Positions 25,887 to 32,000 of a stretch of 32,000 bases of DNA are shown here, piece after piece. The notes under the pieces were generated by a model that was not told where the DNA came from, made no database searches, and saw nothing but the letters and a program-made list of their open reading frames with translations. This DNA comes from Candidatus Babelota bacterium. Its GTDB lineage: Bacteria; Babelota; Babeliae; Babelales; Vermiphilaceae. Both the position numbers and the translations under genes were made by a program. Position 1 is the first letter of the stretch. Every line of letters starts with the position of its first letter. The stretch spans positions 840,001 to 872,000 of the forward strand of contig JBDHVY010000001.1 of assembly GCA_039809905.1 (NCBI GenBank), read 5' to 3'.

Positions 25887-27131
25887 TTAGCTCTGTTCTT
25901 CTTGTTGATCAAGATGATCTTGCCAAAGAATAAGAGCTTTTTCTATCAGGTTTTCACGCTTATCATTCAGTTCTGGTTTTGTGGTAAAGTAATTGCCCAA
26001 AACTTCAGAAAGATCCATATTCACTTTTAGTGCGCAACCACGTTTTTCACGTACAGGTAAACTGTGTATTGGAATAACGCCGATAAGATCAAGTGCATCT
26101 TGGCATGCAAGTTCTATTGTTTTTAATTCAACCAAGTCTTTTTTGCCAGCAGGTACGTGATACATAATTTTAACGATAGCATCACGAAGATCATATTTTT
26201 TTATTTCATCGATAATTTGATTGGTTTGAGGTATTCCCGAAACAAGCTGTACCTCAATTTGAATAAAAGGACGAGTGGGTACAGGAATAAATTCGTACGA
26301 TGCTTTTCCTTTTTCAGGAATGCTGACCAAACAAAATCCTTTTTCCTCTTTACGTTCGCCAAAATCAATTCGTTCAATTGATCCTGAATAAACAACTGCT
26401 GGATATCCACCAGCATTAAGATTTTGGTGCCGATGCAAATGACCTAATGCAACATAATCAAATGGTTTTAACGCTAATTGCGATGGCATAAGCATCGGAT
26501 CATTGCCATAAATAGCTCGTTTTTCTGAACCTGAAAATATTCCGGTGCTGACGGTAATATGGCTTGCAAGAACAGCAGGAATTGTTTGATCAATTTTTTG
26601 TGCGTAATCGCTGATAATATGAGCAACTGCCTTTGAAATATATTCTGTTAGCTGGGTATTTGATTTATCCAGATGTTTATCAGCAATAGCGATAGTATTG
26701 CGCGTTGGCCAAGGAACGCCAACGATAGTGATAGGACCATTTTTTGTGTTGAGTACAATAGAACCTGGTTTTGAAAAGACATGAAAACCTTCAAGTGGTA
26801 TTTCGCCGAGCATATCAAGTGCATGAGCTTTACCAAAGCTGAGTGGATGATCATGATTTCCTATGACAATAACAATAGGAATGCCTGCTTTATACAAACG
26901 TAAAAAACATTTAAACAACAACTTTTGCTGTGTTTGACTTGGATTATGTGTTTTATACGCATCACCTGAAAATAAAAAGAAATCGACTGATTCTTTTATT
27001 GCAACATCAATACAGCTATTGAGTGCTTTTTCAAAATCAAGAAGGCGTGTATGTATTCCTGTTTTGGCATCAATTCTTCCATAATTTTCCATGCCAAAGT
27101 GAATGTCTGCAGTATGAATAAATTTTATCAT
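25887..27131 (-). CDS. sbcD: Mre11/SbcD-family DNA repair exonuclease
   Basis: Calcineurin-like phosphoesterase motifs in order: HTADIHFG, SGDAYK, GNHDHP, LGHLH. 414 aa. Confidence 0.9.
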   Translation of the reverse strand: MIKFIHTADIHFGMENYGRIDAKTGIHTRLLDFEKALNSCIDVAIKESVDFFLFSGDAYKTHNPSQTQQKLLFKCFLRLYKAGIPIVIVIGNHDHPLSFGKAHALDMLGEIPLEGFHVFSKPGSIVLNTKNGPITIVGVPWPTRNTIAIADKHLDKSNTQLTEYISKAVAHIISDYAQKIDQTIPAVLASHITVSTGIFSGSEKRAIYGNDPMLMPSQLALKPFDYVALGHLHRHQNLNAGGYPAVVYSGSIERIDFGERKEEKGFCLVSIPEKGKASYEFIPVPTRPFIQIEVQLVSGIPQTNQIIDEIKKYDLRDAIVKIMYHVPAGKKDLVELKTIELACQDALDLIGVIPIHSLPVREKRGCALKVNMDLSEVLGNYFTTKPELNDKRENLIEKALILWQDHLDQQEEQS

Positions 27132-27178
27132 TAGATCACTTTCGAAACTACAGTTCTTATTATAAAACTAATTCCAGC

Positions 27179-27213
27179 CGCGCTCATCCTGAACTTGTTG
27201 AAGGATAAGCGCG
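27179..27213 (-). terminator. Candidate glmU terminator hairpin (no U-tract)
   Basis: 11-bp stem CGCGCTCATCC / GGATAAGCGCG with one mismatch and a 13-nt loop, 38 nt past the glmU stop. No T-run follows, so the call is weak. Confidence 0.3.
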
Positions 27214-27250
27214 TGATTAAGACTGATTAGGGGGTAGTATCGAAAAAAGT

Positions 27251-28723
27251 CTATTGCTCATCAGTGTGGTTATCTGGATGAATTAATCGTGCGCCAATGA
27301 ATGAAAACTCATCAGACTCAGTTTTTTCAGCAGCTTTGTGCGATATTGTTTTATTTTTTAATTTTGTTGCATAATCAGCTTTATTGATTTGATGAGATCG
27401 CGCAATTGCTAGTGCATTATCAGCAACATCGTAGGTGATTGTTGAGCCTGCTGCAGTGAATGCATTGTTACCAATGGTAATAGGTGCAACAAGAGTATTA
27501 TTACTTCCGATAAATGCATTATCTTCAATAATTGTTTTATGTTTGTTGGTGCCATCATAATTACACGTAATTGTTCCTGCTCCGATATTCACGTGAGATC
27601 CAATAGTTGCATCACCAATATACGCAAGATGTTTTGCTTTTGAATGAGCATCAACAGTGCTATTTTTTACTTCAACAAAATTACCAATTGCGCTGTTTTG
27701 ACCTATCGTTGTTTGTGATCGTAGATGGGCAAAAGGGCCAACTTGTGCGTGTGATTGTATAAAAGAGTTTTTGATAACGCAATGAGAGTGAACTATTACA
27801 TTATCTTCTACTATGACGTTATCTAATGATGAATGTTCATTGACAATGGAATTTCTTCCAATAATAGTGTTTCCTTTCAGATACACATATCCACCAATGA
27901 AAGAACCGGCGCCAATAACAACCTCTAAATCAATGTGTGTTTGTTGAGGAAACGAAAAACGCACACCATTATCCATCCAATAATTAATAAGTTTACGGCG
28001 TTGTATTTCTTCAACTTTATATAATTCTTGAAATGTATTGATGCCACGAATGGTATCAAAAGGTGCTTGTAAGGTGGCAACAGTAAGATTGTTTTCACTT
28101 GCTATTTTAACCAGATCAGTAATGTAAAATTCTTTACTTGCATTGTTATCATTTAATGTTGCAATGTAATTTTCTAGAAAATCTTTTTTAATCAGATAAA
28201 TACCAGCATTAATGCAACAATGTTTGCTGATGTCACCAGTAAAATCTTTTGCTTCAACGATGGCAATACGATTATCTTCTTTTACAATTCTACCGTATCC
28301 TTTTCCTGTTTCATCAGTGCAACATGATCTGACAAAGCTAATAGCAGCATTATTTTTTATATGTTCTTCATAAAGCATGGTAATGATGTCTGCAGTGATA
28401 AGGGGAACATCAGCATTAAGTACAAGAATATGATTTTTTTTCCATGATGCTTTGGTGCATGCAAGGGCATGTCCGGTGCCTTCTTGTTTTTCTTGTACAA
28501 CAAATTCGATAGTTTCAGTGTGTTGTTTTGCAATAAGATTTCTGACTATTTCCTGTTGATATCCTACAACGATGGTAGTTGCTATATTAAGTTGTGCAAG
28601 CAATTTAGTTGGATAAAGAATCATTGCTTGACCACAAATTGCTTCGGCAAGTTTTGTTGTATCGGTGTTAAAACGAGTTGATTTTCCCGCAGCTAAAATA
28701 ATTGCTTGAACATTATTATTCAT
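27251..28723 (-). CDS. glmU: Bifunctional GlcNAc-1-P uridyltransferase / GlcN-1-P acetyltransferase
   Basis: N-terminal AIILAAGKSTRF nucleotidyltransferase motif and a long left-handed beta-helix of hexapeptide repeats. The start at 28723 (MNNNVQAIILAAG) parallels the E. coli N-terminus. About 40 aa of C-terminal extension. Confidence 0.9.
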   Translation of the reverse strand: MNNNVQAIILAAGKSTRFNTDTTKLAEAICGQAMILYPTKLLAQLNIATTIVVGYQQEIVRNLIAKQHTETIEFVVQEKQEGTGHALACTKASWKKNHILVLNADVPLITADIITMLYEEHIKNNAAISFVRSCCTDETGKGYGRIVKEDNRIAIVEAKDFTGDISKHCCINAGIYLIKKDFLENYIATLNDNNASKEFYITDLVKIASENNLTVATLQAPFDTIRGINTFQELYKVEEIQRRKLINYWMDNGVRFSFPQQTHIDLEVVIGAGSFIGGYVYLKGNTIIGRNSIVNEHSSLDNVIVEDNVIVHSHCVIKNSFIQSHAQVGPFAHLRSQTTIGQNSAIGNFVEVKNSTVDAHSKAKHLAYIGDATIGSHVNIGAGTITCNYDGTNKHKTIIEDNAFIGSNNTLVAPITIGNNAFTAAGSTITYDVADNALAIARSHQINKADYATKLKNKTISHKAAEKTESDEFSFIGARLIHPDNHTDEQ

Positions 28724-28886
28724 ATCATTTTTCTCGATTAATAGCATTAATCACTAACGTATTTATTATGTAATTTTGGCATTAGTGTATCATGAAATTT
28801 CAAAATTTTCATACATCTTTACTATTCAAGAAATTATAGTACAGTTATTGCTTAATTTTGGGTTAACTTACAAAAAGGAAAGCACG

Positions 28887-29783
28887 ATGAAGCACATAAC
28901 ATTTTTATTATGTTGCATGATAATAATGAATATGAATGCAATGCTAATTCAATCTTTGCCTAAAGAACTAATGTTAATTCAATCTTTTCCTGAAGAAATA
29001 AATACTAGAGTTGTTCAAGATATTCCACTATCACCATGGCTTGAAACATTAGAGGAAGTTAATGATGTTATGAAATGCCTGGCTCGCCTAAATAATTCCT
29101 GGCGTTCATATATTAATGATTCAAAAAATACACTTTCTTTAATCAAAGAACTTTCAAAAAGATTTGGTGTATCTGATATTGAAGTGGCAGGGAAACTATC
29201 TATAAAAGATGCACAATCGCGTTATGCTATCCAAACTAGTGTCTTTGCTGTTTGGGAGAGATCAGATGAAACAATCATTCATAGGCATTTGGATAGACTA
29301 GCTTCGAAACTAGATTTAAATTTTACTTATTCAGGTGATTTTTGCGAAGAATCTACCTTGTTAATCTCCGCAGTTTATTCATCAAAAATTGCTATAGCAA
29401 AATGGTTAATACAAAAAGGCGTCGATATTAATAAATGTAATGAATGTAATGAAAGGAAGCTAAATCCTGTTATGGCAGCACTCATTCGTTGTCCAGAAAA
29501 CATGATCAGTTTGTTATTTAATCAGCCATCATTGGATTGTAATAGTGTTGATGGTTATGGTAATACCTTATTGCATTATTGTATTCATAGTCCTCATTGC
29601 TCATCTCAATGTGGTAATCAAAAATTTGAGATAATGGTTCCAATAATCAAAAAATTACTTGAAAAAGGCATTGATCGTAATGCAGTGGACAATGATGGAA
29701 AAACAGCTTTAGATATTGCCAACTCTTATACATTCAAATATGAACCATTTTTGAAAATTTTAAATTCTAAACAGAACTCATAA
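28887..29783 (+). CDS. Signal-sequence + F-box-like + ankyrin-repeat protein (tandem paralog 1)
   Basis: ATG at 28887 is preceded by AAGGAAA. N-terminus MKHITFLLCCMIIMNMNA. F-box-like FPEEINTRVVQDI…LARLNNSWRSYI. ANK-like GNTLLHYCIHS and DGKTALDIA. C-terminus YEPFLKILNS. Confidence 0.75.
   Translation: MKHITFLLCCMIIMNMNAMLIQSLPKELMLIQSFPEEINTRVVQDIPLSPWLETLEEVNDVMKCLARLNNSWRSYINDSKNTLSLIKELSKRFGVSDIEVAGKLSIKDAQSRYAIQTSVFAVWERSDETIIHRHLDRLASKLDLNFTYSGDFCEESTLLISAVYSSKIAIAKWLIQKGVDINKCNECNERKLNPVMAALIRCPENMISLLFNQPSLDCNSVDGYGNTLLHYCIHSPHCSSQCGNQKFEIMVPIIKKLLEKGIDRNAVDNDGKTALDIANSYTFKYEPFLKILNSKQNS
28941..29000 (+). repeat. 30-bp tandem duplication (2 units, 4 mismatches) inside CDS
   Basis: atgctaattcaatctttgcctaaagaacta / atgttaattcaatcttttcctgaagaaata, encoding MLIQSLPKEL / MLIQSFPEEI. 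This duplicates the LPxE(L/I) start of the F-box-like segment. Confidence 0.85.
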
Positions 29784-29806
29784 AAAGGTGATTCGCAAGG
29801 AATGGC

Positions 29807-30745
29807 ATGAAAAAAATAATAATCTTATTATGTTGCATGATAATAATGCATATCAATGCAATGATGAATCCAGAGATATCCGAAAAAAACAAAATAAAAC
29901 TTACAGAATTACCTCAAGAAATCAAGATTATGATTGTTAATGATGTTATTTTGTCTCCGTCGCTGCAAACACCAGAAGAAGTTAATGATGTTATGAAATC
30001 TTTGGCCCGCGTAAATGAATCATGGAAGAAATTTATTACCAATTCAGAAAATACACTTTCTTTAATCAAAGGCCTTTCGGGTAGATTCGGTCTATCTAAT
30101 ATGGAAATAACAAAAAAATTATCTATAAAAAAGGCACGATCACGTTATACAATACAAACAGCAGCGTTGTGTGGTTGGAATAAAGACAATGCTCCTTTTA
30201 TCTACGACAACTTAGATAGGTTGTTTAAAGATGGGCTTGATCTCAATTTTACTTATGATGATGATTGTACGCTGTTATTAAAACCTGCTTTTGCGAATGA
30301 ACGAGAGCATACAGGACATGCTCCTTGTGATCTCTTTTATGACGGGTATTTCAAGGTCAGTAAGTGGTTAATTGATCATGGAGCAGATATTAATGTAATC
30401 ACCAAAGATGGAAAAAGTGCATCAATATTGATTTTTTCCATTTTTAATAAACCGCTTATTGAATTGTTTTTAAATCATCCAAAATTTAAGATCCATTATC
30501 AAGATAATGAAGGGAACACGGTATTACATTGTTGTTTTCAGCAAAGACTTAGGTATGGCCACATTTATGGTGATAATTTTAGTTTAGAATTACATGACAA
30601 TATTTATTCTGTGGTAGAAAAATTAATAGGAATGGGAGCAGATCCTCGTCTGTGTAATAAGCGAGGAAAAACTTCTTTTGATCTTGCAAAAGAAACGGGC
30701 TATGAACCGTTTTTGAAAATTTTAGATTCTCACTATAATTCGTAA
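29807..30745 (+). CDS. Signal-sequence + F-box-like + ankyrin-repeat protein (tandem paralog 2)
   Basis: N-terminus MKKIIILLCCMIIMHINA. F-box-like LPQEIKIMIVNDV…LARVNESWKKFI (nt 29909-30037). ANK-like GNTVLHCC and RGKTSFDLA. C-terminus YEPFLKILDS. Collinear similarity to 28887..29783. Confidence 0.75.
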   Translation: MKKIIILLCCMIIMHINAMMNPEISEKNKIKLTELPQEIKIMIVNDVILSPSLQTPEEVNDVMKSLARVNESWKKFITNSENTLSLIKGLSGRFGLSNMEITKKLSIKKARSRYTIQTAALCGWNKDNAPFIYDNLDRLFKDGLDLNFTYDDDCTLLLKPAFANEREHTGHAPCDLFYDGYFKVSKWLIDHGADINVITKDGKSASILIFSIFNKPLIELFLNHPKFKIHYQDNEGNTVLHCCFQQRLRYGHIYGDNFSLELHDNIYSVVEKLIGMGADPRLCNKRGKTSFDLAKETGYEPFLKILDSHYNS

Positions 30746-30871
30746 AAATTGGATTCATGATTTTTAATTTTTCTGCATGTGTCCTGTACTTTCAAAAAAG
30801 CGAAAATACGCTATGATATACAGAACAAGAATTCTCAACAATGTTTGCCCCAACTTTCTGATTCTGCAATT

Positions 30872-30911
30872 GGGGTCCCCGCGCGGAGAGTAGCGTAGTG
30901 TGGGGTATAAT
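30872..30911 (+). promoter_or_regulatory. GGGGTCCCCGCGCGGA box plus GGGGTATAAT (-10-like) 30 nt downstream, 5' of putative OMP gene
   Basis: Core palindrome at 30872-30880. The flank has the same GYGYGRA pattern as the other copies. TGGGGTATAAT at 30901-30911. ATG at 30924. Confidence 0.5.
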
Positions 30912-30923
30912 TAGGGTAGTTCA

Positions 30924-32000
30924 ATGTCGAAAAAATGCTTTCTTATAATAATTCTTTTGTGTGTAACACAAATAAATCGTGCAGAAATATACGATAATAG
31001 ATTTATTCCTTTATTTGCGCCACAGCAATTTTTTGTTGAAGATTTACCATCTTCATATGAATGTAGTTTTCAAGCAATAACGGCGAGTCAAGCTTTTGCG
31101 CGTGATGAAAAAGTTGTTGGTATTCCAGAATTGTTTGGAATATTTGATTTAAATACGCTTGCCACTTCTTTGCTTGAAATTACCGGAGAAAGTCCATTGC
31201 GTTCTGATTTGCTTGGAAGGGAACTTCCTTTTGCCGTTAATGGACGTATTCAAGGAGAAGGTTTTTTTATGCGATATTACCAAAGCCTAGGTAAACATTT
31301 TGCATTTGGAGCTAATCTCTTATTCCTTAAAACAAATTCACGTCAGACTTTTGAATTGGATCGAGAAAAAGCAAGAAATTTAAGACCTGGTGATATTGCA
31401 GAAATTAATCAGGCCCGGCGTGTAGCATTCCAAGAAATTGGTATTGTTGAAAATGATGCACCACAACATGGCATTGGTGATATCGATATTTTCATTCGTG
31501 GTGGCAGTACATGGGATTATGTATTAAAATGTCGTAAAATTTGGGCTGGATTATCGCTTGGTGGATATATTCCAACCGGTGTCAAAACAGAGATTTGCAA
31601 TGCAGCATCAATACCTTATGGTGGCAATGGTTTTGGTGGAATATACGTGAAAGGTGATGCGCTTTTTGAGTTAAAAGAGGATATTAAAGTTGGATTTTTG
31701 TTACAAGTTAGTAAGCGATTTGCGCGTACAACCTGTGTTCGTATGCCAATGGTTGCAAGTGAACCATATATTTTTGGACCAATTATTGGTAATGCTCATA
31801 TTAATCCCGGTCCAACATTAGCATTTTCGCCCTATTTTATTTTAGAAAACTTACGAGCTGGTCTTGGTGCTGGAGTACATTATACGCTTACATCACATTG
31901 GAAAGATTCATGGTGTGATGCGCGTAAAAATCCTCAGTTTCCGGTAGATCTATCACAAGTGATGAGAACATCCAAGTGGGGATCAGATTATTTTACCGTT
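30924..32000 (+). CDS. Putative outer-membrane beta-barrel protein (partial, continues past window end)
   Basis: I hand-translated 359 codons and found no stop. Signal-like N-terminus MSKKCFLIIILLCVTQINRA. Gly/aromatic-rich segments with alternating hydrophobicity (GLSLGGYIPTG, GGIYVKGDALFELK, KVGFLLQVSK). The functional call is tentative. Confidence 0.55.
   Translation, partial: MSKKCFLIIILLCVTQINRAEIYDNRFIPLFAPQQFFVEDLPSSYECSFQAITASQAFARDEKVVGIPELFGIFDLNTLATSLLEITGESPLRSDLLGRELPFAVNGRIQGEGFFMRYYQSLGKHFAFGANLLFLKTNSRQTFELDREKARNLRPGDIAEINQARRVAFQEIGIVENDAPQHGIGDIDIFIRGGSTWDYVLKCRKIWAGLSLGGYIPTGVKTEICNAASIPYGGNGFGGIYVKGDALFELKEDIKVGFLLQVSKRFARTTCVRMPMVASEPYIFGPIIGNAHINPGPTLAFSPYFILENLRAGLGAGVHYTLTSHWKDSWCDARKNPQFPVDLSQVMRTSKWGSDYFTV

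Noticed and set aside
1-32000. Scan for CRISPR arrays, IS/transposase genes, integrases, prophage or rRNA/tRNA genes
   Set aside because: By eye I found no regularly spaced direct repeats, terminal inverted repeats, recombinase-like ORFs or RNA gene signatures. The only repeats are the 30-bp in-frame duplication, the paralogous genes and the GGGGTCCCC boxes.

Overview
AT-rich, very gene-dense bacterial chromosomal segment. It has 30 supportable protein-coding genes plus one candidate small ORF. By eye I find no rRNA, tRNA, CRISPR array or IS/transposase. Two edge-truncated genes missing from the ORF track were recovered by hand: 1..1602 (-) and 30924..32000 (+). The conserved genes are mraY, an APC permease, a TrmH-family methyltransferase, tgt, a PutP-like Na+/solute symporter, a YhhQ-like transporter, murB, trhO, a MIP aquaporin, an overlapping pheT-lspA-comF operon, two SurA-like chaperones, sbcD and glmU. 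They are scattered singly rather than in classical clusters. Between them lie at least 13 lineage-specific ORFs that begin with a signal-peptide-like N-terminus, including ankyrin-repeat and F-box-like/ankyrin proteins. This picture (diderm envelope genes, heavy secretome, eukaryote-like domains, salvage transporters, 1-2 bp convergent gene junctions) fits a host-associated or intracellular bacterium such as an amoeba symbiont (Dependentiae/TM6-like). That assignment is inference only. Most notable observations: (1) A GC-rich palindrome GGGGTCCCC occurs four times, only in 5' intergenic regions of + strand core genes (mraY, pheT, putative OMP). It includes an identical 17-mer at two loci and a second GGGGT box at a fixed ~30 nt offset. 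(2) Tandem F-box-like/ankyrin paralogs. (3) A Tgt with a non-canonical substrate pocket lies near a YhhQ-like transporter, suggesting queuosine-precursor or queuine salvage. (4) An orphan sbcD is followed by a membrane-anchored or secreted AAA+ ATPase instead of sbcC.
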